Positions 1-9,201 of a stretch of DNA of 64,000 bases are shown here, in pieces. Each line of letters begins with the position of its first letter. Position 1 is the stretch's first letter. A program made the translations under genes and the position numbers. Source of the DNA: an uncultured Acidimicrobiales bacterium (lineage in GTDB: Bacteria; Actinomycetota; Acidimicrobiia; Acidimicrobiales; SZUA-35); contig CAVOQQ010000001.1 in NCBI GenBank assembly GCA_963698395.1, positions 900,754 through 964,753 of the forward strand. The letters run 5' to 3'. The notes below the pieces were generated by a model. It was not told the origin of the DNA and did no database searches. It saw only the letters and a program-made list of their open reading frames with translations.

Positions 1-2
1 TG

Positions 3-1157
3 TTCAACGGGGCCACCGACGCCGCCGCCGAGGCTCGCTCGCAGTGGACGGCGCTCGGGGTCGATCAGCCTGGCCCGTTCAAGCGGTTCGCCGTCTACGC
101 CCCGGCCGAAGACGCCGGCCCGGGCGTCACGCCGGTGCCCGACATCTCGGTGCGCCCACGGTCCGAAGCCCACGCCTACGGCTGGTCGCCGAAGTCGTTC
201 ATCAGCAACGGCTTGCTCGAATACGTCTTCGACGACCTCGAATCCGGGCAGTTGTCGTTCATCGAGCAGACCGTACGCATCCAACTGCTGCGCTGGGCCT
301 ACCCCCTGGCCGGCGATCACCACGGCCGAGTCGTGCTGGTCGACCCGAGCCTCGTCGGCGACACCGTCGGTCACACCTGGGAGGGGGCGCTCCGCTCGCT
401 GGGCAAGAAGACCGCCCAGCCTCGCACGGCCGGTGTGGTCGTCGAAAACCTCGACGAACTGATCGACTTCATCAACGCCAAGGTCGCCGACGACGGTGGC
501 GAGAACTACGACCCGAGCTGGGTCGCCGGCGTTGCCATCGGTACCCGCCAGGCCTTCGCCCGCCGACTGTGGAAGGCGGTGCCCCGGCTCCGGCGCCTGG
601 TCCGTGCCGGACTCACCGAGGTCGATCTCACCGAGCAATTGTCGGTGGTCGACGTCCACGCGCTCCACGCCGACGCCCAGCGTTTCGTCGTCGCTGCCGT
701 CCTCGCCAGGGTGTGGTCCGAACACGAGAACTCCACGGCATCGGGAAAGACCTTCGTGGTGCTCGACGAACTCAACAAGTACGCGCCTCGCCAGCAGTCG
801 TCGCCCATCAAACATCTGCTGGTCGACATCGCCGCTCGGGGCCGCAGTCTCGGCGTCATCCTCATCGGTGCCCAGCAGAACCCTTCCGGCGTCGATCGAG
901 ACATCACCAACAATGCGGCGCTCGAAGTGGTGGGCCAGATCAAGTCGTCGGAGTCGGCCGAGCTCGGCTTCTTGCCGCCCGACATGCGAGCACGAGCCCA
1001 GATCATCGCGCCCGGCACCATGATCACCTCGCAGCCGTTGCTTCCGGCGCCGGTGCCGATCCGTTTTCCGTTCCCGCCCTACGCCACCCGGCTGGCCGAG
1101 GTCCTCGAGTCGCCGACCGCCGACGCCGACGCCGAGGCACTCCTGGAGGACATGTGA
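3..1157 (+). CDS. HerA-like (DUF87-type) ASCE ATPase, 5' end truncated by window edge
   Basis: Frame is open from nt 3. Walker-B-like FVVLDELNKYAP and ARGRSLGVILIGAQQNPSGVD are typical of HerA/DUF87 ATPases. High GC3. Stop overlaps the next start (ATGTGA 1152-1157). Confidence 0.7.
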   Translation, partial: FNGATDAAAEARSQWTALGVDQPGPFKRFAVYAPAEDAGPGVTPVPDISVRPRSEAHAYGWSPKSFISNGLLEYVFDDLESGQLSFIEQTVRIQLLRWAYPLAGDHHGRVVLVDPSLVGDTVGHTWEGALRSLGKKTAQPRTAGVVVENLDELIDFINAKVADDGGENYDPSWVAGVAIGTRQAFARRLWKAVPRLRRLVRAGLTEVDLTEQLSVVDVHALHADAQRFVVAAVLARVWSEHENSTASGKTFVVLDELNKYAPRQQSSPIKHLLVDIAARGRSLGVILIGAQQNPSGVDRDITNNAALEVVGQIKSSESAELGFLPPDMRARAQIIAPGTMITSQPLLPAPVPIRFPFPPYATRLAEVLESPTADADAEALLEDM

Positions 1158-2674
1158 TCGCAGCACCGGGCCACGCTGCCTCGGCGGTGGTGCCGCCGCT
1201 CGATCCGGCGTCCGCCCGGATCCTGCACACCTCCGACTGGCACCTCGGAGTCTCGGTGCGCAACCGGTCACGTGCCCAAGACCACGACACCGCCATCGCC
1301 GAGCTGATCGAGATCGCTCGCGCCGCAGCGCCCGACCTGATCCTCCACACCGGCGACCTCTTCGACGGCCATCGTCCGCCCATGGCCGACTTCGGGCGGG
1401 CCATCGTCGCCCTGCGAGATCTTGCCGAGATCGCGCCGGTGGTCGTGCTGGCCGGCAATCACGACTCCACCGCCGCGCTCGAGGTGCTCGGCACGGCGGT
1501 CGGCGATGAACTGCCCGACGAACTCGCCGCCGACACCTACGACCCGCTTGCCCCCTGCCGCCACCGCATCCGCATCCACGCTCGGCCGACCACGGCACGC
1601 AAGGGAGCCGTCGCCACCTATCCCTCGGCCGCCGGTGTCGACATCCGCCTCACGGCCCTGCCGTTCGTGCACGCCAACCGAGTCCTGAAGGAGTTCGATC
1701 AGCTGGCCGAGGCCAACACGACCTACGCCGACAAACTGCGCGAGATCGTCGGCGTGCTCACCAAGGCAGCCCTCGCCGACTTCGATCCCTCCGCCCAGGT
1801 GGCGGTCTTCGCCTCCCATGTGCACGTCACCGAGGCGTCGTTGTCGAGCGAGCGAACGGTGCATGTCTCCACCGACTACGCCACCGACGCCGGTCATCTG
1901 CCGCCCGAATACGGCTATCTGGCGTTCGGCCACATCCACGTGCCGCAACCCGTCGCCGGTGGACGCGGGCGCTATGCCGGCTCCATCCTCGAGGTCGACT
2001 TCGGCGAAGAAGGCGAGACCAAGCAGGTGGTCATCGTCGATCTCGAACCGGGACGGCCCGCCCGCCAGTATCCGATCCCTCTGGTGGCCGCCCGGAAGCT
2101 GCGCCGAGTGCGAGCGCCGCTCGGCGAGCTCGGCGCCATGGCCGACCACCTCGGATCCGACATCGTGGAAGTCACCGTCACCCCCGACCCTCACGGCAAC
2201 GATCATCTCGACGGCCCCATCGTGCTCGCCGAGGCCGACGCGACGTTCGACACGCTGTCGGCGGCGGTCGCGCACCTGCTGCCGCAGCCCGAGATCGTGT
2301 CGGTCATCGACGCTCGACGCACCTCGGTCGCCACGGCCGATCAGATGCCAACCGCCTCGGGGGCAACGGTCACCGTGCACCAGTCGTATCGAGACTGGCT
2401 GACCGGCGACGGCCGATCGCTCCTCGACAAGACACCCGACGCCGACCCCGAGCGAGTGGTCGAGCTCTTCGACGAGCTCCTCACCGCCGTGGCGAACGGC
2501 GACACCGACGACCTTCCCGAAGACGAAGCCCTGCTCGCTGCTCAGCTCGAAGGTTCGATGTCGCCGACCGCCGCCGTCTCATCGGCAGACACGTCGGCAT
2601 CGACCGACTCGTCATCGACCGACTCGTCATCGACCAACTCATCGGCGACCGGCCACGACCGCGACCCAGCATGA
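1154..2674 (+). CDS. sbcD: SbcD/Mre11-family nuclease with Ser/Thr/Asp-rich C-terminal tail
   Basis: GTG 1154 is in frame with ORF 44..2674. Phosphoesterase motifs ILHTSDWHLG, HTGDLFD, LAGNHDS and GHIHVPQ are present. The upstream 370 aa of the track ORF overlap herA in another frame and are discounted. Confidence 0.85.
   Translation: MIAAPGHAASAVVPPLDPASARILHTSDWHLGVSVRNRSRAQDHDTAIAELIEIARAAAPDLILHTGDLFDGHRPPMADFGRAIVALRDLAEIAPVVVLAGNHDSTAALEVLGTAVGDELPDELAADTYDPLAPCRHRIRIHARPTTARKGAVATYPSAAGVDIRLTALPFVHANRVLKEFDQLAEANTTYADKLREIVGVLTKAALADFDPSAQVAVFASHVHVTEASLSSERTVHVSTDYATDAGHLPPEYGYLAFGHIHVPQPVAGGRGRYAGSILEVDFGEEGETKQVVIVDLEPGRPARQYPIPLVAARKLRRVRAPLGELGAMADHLGSDIVEVTVTPDPHGNDHLDGPIVLAEADATFDTLSAAVAHLLPQPEIVSVIDARRTSVATADQMPTASGATVTVHQSYRDWLTGDGRSLLDKTPDADPERVVELFDELLTAVANGDTDDLPEDEALLAAQLEGSMSPTAAVSSADTSASTDSSSTDSSSTNSSATGHDRDPA
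2593..2650 (+). repeat. In-frame 15-bp tandem repeat (~3.5 units, gtcatcgaccgactc) encoding the STDSS-type tail of SbcD
   Basis: Direct reading of 2593-2650; protein tail reads TSASTDSSSTDSSSTNSSAT. Confidence 0.85.
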
Positions 2675-5600
2675 GGCCGATCAAGCTCGACTTCAAAGGT
2701 CTCCGGTCGTATCGGGCCGCCACGACGATCGACTTCGCCGACCTCGATCTCTTCGCCATCATCGGCGACACCGGCGCCGGCAAGTCCACGGTGATCGAGG
2801 CGCTGAGCCTGGCCCTCTACGGCCGCAAGACCTGGACCGGCGGGAGCAACCTCGAAGAGCTGATCGCCGACGGCGAGAACACCATGGCCATCGAGCTGGT
2901 CTTCCACGCCGAGGGCAACGACTGGACCGTCACGCGGTCTCGCCATCGCAACTCCTCGGCCCCGATCAACAAGCTCGAGTGCCGTGCGACGGGCGAAAAG
3001 GTCGACGGCAATCGAGCCGTCAACGAACGCATCGAGGAACTGCTCGGCCTCGATCACAGCCAGTTCGTCCGGGCGGTCGTCCTCCCGCAGGGTCGCTTCG
3101 ACGAGCTGCTGCAAGCCACCCGAACCGATCGCAACAAGATCCTGCGGTCGATCTTCGGGCTCGACGATCTTCGTCGGGTCCGCGACGACGCCACCCGTCG
3201 CCGTGATTCGTGGCGACCGGTGTTGCTCGAAGCCCGTGCCCGGCGCGACGCCCTACCGCCCGACCCCGCGGCGCTGTTGTCTGCGGCGGTGGCCGACGCC
3301 GACGCAGCGGCCGGCCGTCACGCCAGGCTTGCTGCCGCCATCACCGCGGCCGAGCAACACCACCGTGAGGTCCAGCGATGCACCGAGCAGCAGCAGCTCC
3401 TCGAGCGCGCGGCCGCCGATTTCCATCCCGACCTCTCCCTCCTCGCCCCGCTCGACGCGCTCGCGGTTCGGGGTGCCGCGCTCGTCGCCGAGCGTGATCA
3501 GATCAACGCCGAACTGGTCGAGGCCGAGAGCGAACGCGAGCAGGCCCTGACGGCCCAGACCGCGCTGCTTCGAGGCTTCGGCGATCACCAACAGGCTCGT
3601 TCGGCGGTCACCGCCGTCCGCTCGGTCGCTTCGTCGCTGCAACAGCTCGACGACGACGCCGCCCTGACCGAGGCCGAAATCGCCAGGCTGGTGGCCGAAG
3701 CGCCCACCGAGGCCGAACCGCCCGCCATCACCGCTGCGGTCACGACCACGGCCGCCGAGTTGGTGGCAGCTCAGGAAGCGGCCGCTGTCTCGACCGAAGC
3801 CGTCGAGCGAGCGGGAGCCGCCTGGCATGCGCTCATGGAGGCCACCGGGGCAGCCGCCCAGCAGCGAACCGCGCTCGAGTCGGCGCAGGAGGCTGCCGAT
3901 CGTGCTCGGACCGAAGCCGCCGTCGCCGGAGCCGGCATTGCCGCCGCAGAACAGGCACTCGACACGGCGAAGGCCGGCCAACGCTCGGCCATGCGCTCGA
4001 ACGCCGCCGTCGTGGCAGCCCAGGGACTCCATGCCGGCGACCCGTGCCCAGTTTGTGCGCAGGCAACACCCAGTGACTTCGTCGCTCCGGTCGCTGCCGA
4101 CGTCGATGCAGCGAATCAGCAGGTGGAAACGGCCGAGGGCGCACTGGCTGCTGCACGCCGGTCGGCCACCGCCGCCGAAACCACGGCGAACCATCATGCC
4201 GAGAGCCTCGTGGCGGTCCGTGCAGCGCTCGAGCAGTCGCTGGTCACCATCGGCGAAGCCCGAGCGGCCGTCGTCGGTCTCTCGCTCGACCCCGACGCTC
4301 CCGACGACACGATCGCGTTGGCCGAGCTACGCCGAGTGGCCAAGGCCCGGGCCGACGAGCTCGCTGCGGCGCGAGCGGCAGCAACCGAAGCCGAACAGGC
4401 CAGAGTGGCGGCTGCAGCCGAGCGATCGGCGGCCATGGCGGTCCACACCAGCGAGGTCGCCGGAGCGCAGGCTCGTATCGACCAGATCGATGCCCGTCGT
4501 GCGAACCAGCGCGCCGCGCTCGACCAGCTGCCACCGGCGTGGGAAGCCAGGCCCGAAGCCACCGTGGCCGACCTCGAGGTGCTGGCCGCGTCGATCGATT
4601 CGATGGTGGCCGAACTCGACCATCTGGTCGCACGAGCGACCGCGGCCGAGGCTCGCACCGTCGCCGCTCGCCAACGATTCGCCGATCTGCGGGCCGACGC
4701 GGTCGAGAACGTGAACGCACCGGTGACCGACATCGTTCGTCGGCTCAACGAGCAGCTCGTTCTCGCCTCGTCGCTACGGCGACTCCTCGCCGAACCACCA
4801 GAGTCCGAGCAACCAGTGTCCGACCCACTACCCGAGCCCATCCCCGTGCCGGTGCTGCTCGAGCATCTCGCCGAGGCCGTGTCGACGGCGCAACACCTCC
4901 TCCACGCCGTGGCGCCCATCGACGACGCGGTCCAGACCGAGCTCGCCCGGCTCGACGCCCAGAGGGTCGTCGAGGCCGACCAGCTGTCGGCGCTCCTCGA
5001 GCAGGCCGGCGTCGCCGACGTGGCCTCCTTACATGCCCAGGCCGGCGCTTCCCAGGTCGAAGAGGCACGAGCTCGAGCCGATATCGAGACGCTCGAACAG
5101 CAGGTGGCGGCGGCCGCCGGTTTCGATGCGATGCTCGACATCGGTCGGCCCTACCTTGCGAACCTCGAGCTGCTCATCCAATCGCTGCGTGATCAGCACT
5201 TCGTCGATCATCTCGTTTCGGCTCGCGAGGTCGAGCTCCTCAGCGAGGCGACCCGGCGGCTCAAGGCCATTTCCGATGGTCGCTACGGGTTCGTTCCCGA
5301 CTTCGGCGTCGTTCGCATCGCCTCGGGCGAAGTTCGCAGCCCCGACACCCTCTCCGGCGGTGAACGCTTCCAGGCAGCGCTGGCGCTGGCGCTCGCCCTC
5401 GTCGAGATCGCTTCGCGTGGGGCGGGCAAGCTCGACGCCGTGTTCGTCGACGAGGGATTCGGTTCGCTCGACGGCGCCGCGCTCGACGTCGCCCTCGACA
5501 CGCTCGGCTCGGTGGCGGGTGGTGGCAAGTTGGTCGCCCTCATCTCACACCTGCACCCGGTGGCCGAGTATGTCGACACCGTGTTCAACGTGACCAAAGA

Positions 5601-5691
5601 CGACCTCTTCGGCTCCACCATCACCAAGCTCGACGCCGAAGCTCGTGAGGCCCTCCTCGACGACGACATCCGCTCCGGCCTCACTCGCTGA
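2671..5691 (+). CDS. sbcC: SbcC/Rad50-family SMC-like ATPase
   Basis: ATGA start/stop overlap at 2671-2674. Walker A GDTGAGKST, a long Ala/Glu-rich coiled coil, a CPVC zinc hook at 4045-4056, signature LSGGERFQAALALALAL and Walker B VFVDEGFGSLD are present. Confidence 0.88.
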   Translation: MRPIKLDFKGLRSYRAATTIDFADLDLFAIIGDTGAGKSTVIEALSLALYGRKTWTGGSNLEELIADGENTMAIELVFHAEGNDWTVTRSRHRNSSAPINKLECRATGEKVDGNRAVNERIEELLGLDHSQFVRAVVLPQGRFDELLQATRTDRNKILRSIFGLDDLRRVRDDATRRRDSWRPVLLEARARRDALPPDPAALLSAAVADADAAAGRHARLAAAITAAEQHHREVQRCTEQQQLLERAAADFHPDLSLLAPLDALAVRGAALVAERDQINAELVEAESEREQALTAQTALLRGFGDHQQARSAVTAVRSVASSLQQLDDDAALTEAEIARLVAEAPTEAEPPAITAAVTTTAAELVAAQEAAAVSTEAVERAGAAWHALMEATGAAAQQRTALESAQEAADRARTEAAVAGAGIAAAEQALDTAKAGQRSAMRSNAAVVAAQGLHAGDPCPVCAQATPSDFVAPVAADVDAANQQVETAEGALAAARRSATAAETTANHHAESLVAVRAALEQSLVTIGEARAAVVGLSLDPDAPDDTIALAELRRVAKARADELAAARAAATEAEQARVAAAAERSAAMAVHTSEVAGAQARIDQIDARRANQRAALDQLPPAWEARPEATVADLEVLAASIDSMVAELDHLVARATAAEARTVAARQRFADLRADAVENVNAPVTDIVRRLNEQLVLASSLRRLLAEPPESEQPVSDPLPEPIPVPVLLEHLAEAVSTAQHLLHAVAPIDDAVQTELARLDAQRVVEADQLSALLEQAGVADVASLHAQAGASQVEEARARADIETLEQQVAAAAGFDAMLDIGRPYLANLELLIQSLRDQHFVDHLVSAREVELLSEATRRLKAISDGRYGFVPDFGVVRIASGEVRSPDTLSGGERFQAALALALALVEIASRGAGKLDAVFVDEGFGSLDGAALDVALDTLGSVAGGGKLVALISHLHPVAEYVDTVFNVTKDDLFGSTITKLDAEAREALLDDDIRSGLTR

Positions 5692-5790
5692 CCGATCCTG
5701 GCACCGGCCCGTCGAGGTCGCTCAATTGCGTGGAGTCGATGGTGCGAGCGCAGTGAACAACTCGGCAAGTGACGAGCGCAGCGAGGAACG

Positions 5791-8700
5791 ATGGTGTCAC
5801 ACCCACGGCCTACGATCGTTCTCGTGATCGAGCCCTCCCACATCGTGCCCTATGGCCGGCCCGCCACCGACGCACTCCGCGCCGTGATCGGCGAGGCCAA
5901 GGCGGTTCAGCCGCTCGCACCGGTCACGGTCGTCGTCGCCAGCAACTTCGTCGGGTTGTCGGTGCGCCGTCACCTGGGAGCCGCAGGGCGGGGCATCGCC
6001 AACGTCTCGTTCGTCACCCCGTTCCAACTGGCCGAACTGGTCGGCGCCGACCTGCTCCTCACGACCCGTCCGATCACCAACCCCGTGCTCGGGGCCGCGG
6101 TGCGCCGAGTGCTACGCGAATCGCCCGGTCCCTACGAGCGGGTGAAGGACCACCAGGCCACCGAGGCCGCGCTCGCTGCGCTCTTCGCCGAACTGTCGAA
6201 CGTCGACGAGATCGGTATCGAGTCCATCGCCGACCTCGAGTCCACCTCGGCCCAACACGCCGTAGCGTTCTACCGCTCGATCGCGTCCCATCTCACCGAC
6301 TTCCACACCGAGCACGATCTCGCCACTGCCGCTGCCGACCGAGACGATCTCGGTGCGCGGGTGGCATCGTTGGGTCATGTCGTGTGGTACCTGCCCGCAC
6401 CGGTCACCCCGGCGCTCGGTCGGTTCCTCGACCGCGTGCTGCACGAGGCCCCCGCCGCCTCGGTGATCCTCGGACTCACGGGCCAGGCCGCTGCCGACGA
6501 GCCGGTACTCCGTAGCTGCGAGGCCGCCGGTGTGGTCCGTCCAGCGGCCCGGGCGCTCGAGGTCGGCCCGCCGCCCACGGCAGGGGCCATCACCTCCGTC
6601 ACCGACGCCGCGGAAGAAGTCCGGGTGGTTGCGGCGAAGATCCTCGATCTCGCCACCAACGGATCGCCCAACAGCGGAGGCGAGCCGATCGCGTTCCATC
6701 GCATCGGTGTCTTCTATCCGGCCCCGGATCCCTACGTCCGCATCATCGAGCAACAGTTCGATGCTTCGGCGATCCCGGCAAACGGTCCCGATCACCGTCG
6801 GCTCCGTGACTCGGTTGCCGGCCGAACCCTGCTGGCGGCGCTGCGACTGCCGGCCGAACGCTGGCAGCGAGATCGGGTCATGGCGCTGATCTCGGGTGGC
6901 CCCGTGGGGTTCGGCGAGCACCGTTCGCTGCCGACCACCTGGGACGAGCTGTCACGACAAGCGGGCGTGGTGCGAGGCCTCGACGACTGGCGGGGAAAGC
7001 TCGAGGCCTTGCGTCGCACCATGGAAGGTCGCACCACGAACGAGGGTCTCGCCACCCTCGATCCCGGTGTCGACAACCCTTCGCTCACCGACAACACCTC
7101 CACCGACAACACCTCCACCGACAACACCTCCACCGACAACACCTCCCGTCACCGAGGCCGACTCGCCGACCTCGAACGACTGGTGGCCTTCGTCGACACC
7201 CTGGCCGAGCGAGTCGCCGCGGTTCACGCTGCGCCGTCCTGGTCAGACACGTGCCGCGCTGCTCAGCAGCTCCTGGTGTGGCTGCTGGGTGCCGAGCATC
7301 GCCACGCTCACTGGCCAGAGGGCGAACAGTCGGCCTTCGAGCGAGTCGAAGCGGCCCTCGTTCGCCTGTCGAGCCTCGACGCCATCGAGGCCGACCCGAC
7401 CATCGAGGTCTTCCAACGGGCCCTGCGCTCCGAGCTCGACGTCGCTCGGGGTCGACACGGCAGGTTCGGTCACGGCGTGCTGTTCGGTCCACTGTCCAGC
7501 GCCGTCGGCCATGATCTCGACGCGGTGTTCGTCCTCGGTGCCGCCGAGGGGTTGCTCCCGGTGCCCCGTCGAGACGATGCCGTGCTCCCCGACGAGGTCC
7601 GCATCGCCACGATGGAAAAGCTTCGCACCACCGAGGCGCGCCTGCCCGATGAGGTCCGCGTCGCCTCGATCGATCAACTCGAGACCAAGGCCATGCGGCT
7701 CCAGCATCAGCATCGGGCGTTCCTGGCGGCACTGGCAGCGGCGCCCGCCGGTGCGGCGATGCTCACGTTCCCACGAGGCAGTCTGCGCTCGAGTCGTCGC
7801 TCCCTTCCGTCTCGGTGGCTCCTCGAATCGGCATCGGCGCTCGCCGGCCGAACCGTGTACGCCACCGATTTCGCCGTCCTCGACAACACGGTGGTCGACG
7901 ACGTCGGGTCGTTCGCGTCGGGCGTGTGCCGTCTGGGATCCGCCGCTTCGATCCATGACCGAGACCTGGCGATCGTGGCCGAACACGTCGCCGACGGAGG
8001 ATGGGCCGGCGATCATCCGCTGGCAGCAGACAGCCGCCGAGGCCTGGAGCTGCAACGGGCGCGGGCGAGTGGTGCCTTCACCGAGTTCGACGGCAACCTC
8101 GCCGGTCACAACGTGCCGTCGAGCCGCAGCCGTGCCCTCTCGCCGTCGCGGCTCGAGGCGTGGGCAGCCTGCGGCTTCCGCTACTTCCTCGCGTACGTGC
8201 TCGAACTGGCCGACCGAGACGACCCCGAACACCTCGACGACATCACCGCCATGGACCGCGGTTCGCTGCTCCACGTGGTGCTCGAACGTTTCATCGACGA
8301 AGCGATCGCCAACGGTCCGCCGGCACCCGACGAAGCGTGGACTGCCGACCAACGAGACCGGCTCCATGCGATCGCCGACGAAGAGTTCGCAGCGATCGAG
8401 GCCCGGGGCCGTACCGGTCGTCCGTTGCATTGGCAGGTCCAGCGAGACGATCTGCGAGACTCGCTCGATCGCTTCCTGATCGCCGACAACGCCTTCCGAG
8501 CTCGCCATCAGGCGACCCCGACCGAGGTCGAGCTCGCGTTCGGGCTCGACGGTCGACCGCCGGTCGATGTCGAACTGACCAACGGTCGAACGGTGTCCTT
8601 CCGCGGGCTGGCCGACCGGGTCGACGTCTCGACCGATGGCCGAGCCATCGTCACCGACTACAAGTCAGGCAAGGGGACCAAGTACGCCGGGCTCCTGCCG

Positions 8701-9201
8701 GGCAGAACCGATCCGGTCGTCGACCCCGTGCAAGCGGGCACCACCCTGCAACTCGGGCTCTACGCCGAGGCGGCGATGCAACACACCGGACTCGAGGCCG
8801 CCGAGGCCAACTACTGGCTGGTCGAGGGAGAACCGTCGAAGGAGTTCCGCGGCTATCGCTGGACCCCGGAACACCGGCAGCGCTTCGTCGATGTGCTCGA
8901 GACGATCACCGACGGCATCGACGCCGGCGTCTTCGCCGCCGAGCCAGGGGAGTGGGACACCTTCCGGCAGACCAACACCTCGTGCACCTACTGCACCTTC
9001 GACTCGGTGTGTCCTCGGAACCGTGGCGAGCATGCCGACGCCAAAGCCGATGCCGACGAGATCACCATTCGTCGCCGACTCCAGTTCGACACCACCGACG
9101 CTCCCACCGACGCACCCACCGACGCACCCACCGACGCACCCACCGACGCACCCACCGACGCTCCCACCGACGCACCGACTCCTGCCGAGGACCGCCGATG
9201 A
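5791..9201 (+). CDS. AddB-like helicase-nuclease subunit (inactive helicase-like N-terminus, PD-(D/E)XK nuclease, Fe-S Cys cluster)
   Basis: No Walker A in the N-terminal region. Nuclease motif VTDYKSGK. Four Cys are spaced as in AddB (AACGFRYF ... CTYCTFDSVCPR). Stop overlaps the next start (ATGA 9198-9201). Confidence 0.75.
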   Translation: MVSHPRPTIVLVIEPSHIVPYGRPATDALRAVIGEAKAVQPLAPVTVVVASNFVGLSVRRHLGAAGRGIANVSFVTPFQLAELVGADLLLTTRPITNPVLGAAVRRVLRESPGPYERVKDHQATEAALAALFAELSNVDEIGIESIADLESTSAQHAVAFYRSIASHLTDFHTEHDLATAAADRDDLGARVASLGHVVWYLPAPVTPALGRFLDRVLHEAPAASVILGLTGQAAADEPVLRSCEAAGVVRPAARALEVGPPPTAGAITSVTDAAEEVRVVAAKILDLATNGSPNSGGEPIAFHRIGVFYPAPDPYVRIIEQQFDASAIPANGPDHRRLRDSVAGRTLLAALRLPAERWQRDRVMALISGGPVGFGEHRSLPTTWDELSRQAGVVRGLDDWRGKLEALRRTMEGRTTNEGLATLDPGVDNPSLTDNTSTDNTSTDNTSTDNTSRHRGRLADLERLVAFVDTLAERVAAVHAAPSWSDTCRAAQQLLVWLLGAEHRHAHWPEGEQSAFERVEAALVRLSSLDAIEADPTIEVFQRALRSELDVARGRHGRFGHGVLFGPLSSAVGHDLDAVFVLGAAEGLLPVPRRDDAVLPDEVRIATMEKLRTTEARLPDEVRVASIDQLETKAMRLQHQHRAFLAALAAAPAGAAMLTFPRGSLRSSRRSLPSRWLLESASALAGRTVYATDFAVLDNTVVDDVGSFASGVCRLGSAASIHDRDLAIVAEHVADGGWAGDHPLAADSRRGLELQRARASGAFTEFDGNLAGHNVPSSRSRALSPSRLEAWAACGFRYFLAYVLELADRDDPEHLDDITAMDRGSLLHVVLERFIDEAIANGPPAPDEAWTADQRDRLHAIADEEFAAIEARGRTGRPLHWQVQRDDLRDSLDRFLIADNAFRARHQATPTEVELAFGLDGRPPVDVELTNGRTVSFRGLADRVDVSTDGRAIVTDYKSGKGTKYAGLLPGRTDPVVDPVQAGTTLQLGLYAEAAMQHTGLEAAEANYWLVEGEPSKEFRGYRWTPEHRQRFVDVLETITDGIDAGVFAAEPGEWDTFRQTNTSCTYCTFDSVCPRNRGEHADAKADADEITIRRRLQFDTTDAPTDAPTDAPTDAPTDAPTDAPTDAPTPAEDRR
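7084..7146 (+). repeat. In-frame 15-bp tandem repeat x4.2 (tccaccgacaacacc) encoding (TDNTS)n inside the AddB-like protein
   Basis: Direct reading; peptide is LTDNTSTDNTSTDNTSTDNTS. Confidence 0.9.
9094..9177 (+). repeat. In-frame 12-bp tandem repeat x7 (accgacgcaccc) encoding (TDAP)7 at the AddB-like C-terminus
   Basis: Direct reading; peptide is TTDAPTDAPTDAPTDAPTDAPTDAPTDAPT. Confidence 0.9.

Noticed and set aside
44-1153. N-terminal 370 aa of track ORF 44..2674
   Set aside because: It overlaps the HerA-like gene in another frame and is Arg/Pro-rich nonsense. The SbcD motifs only start after GTG 1154.
8001-9197. N-terminal about 400 aa of track ORF 8001..12725
   Set aside because: It overlaps the AddB-like gene out of frame. 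The helicase N-terminus with Walker A begins at ATG 9198, which overlaps the upstream stop.
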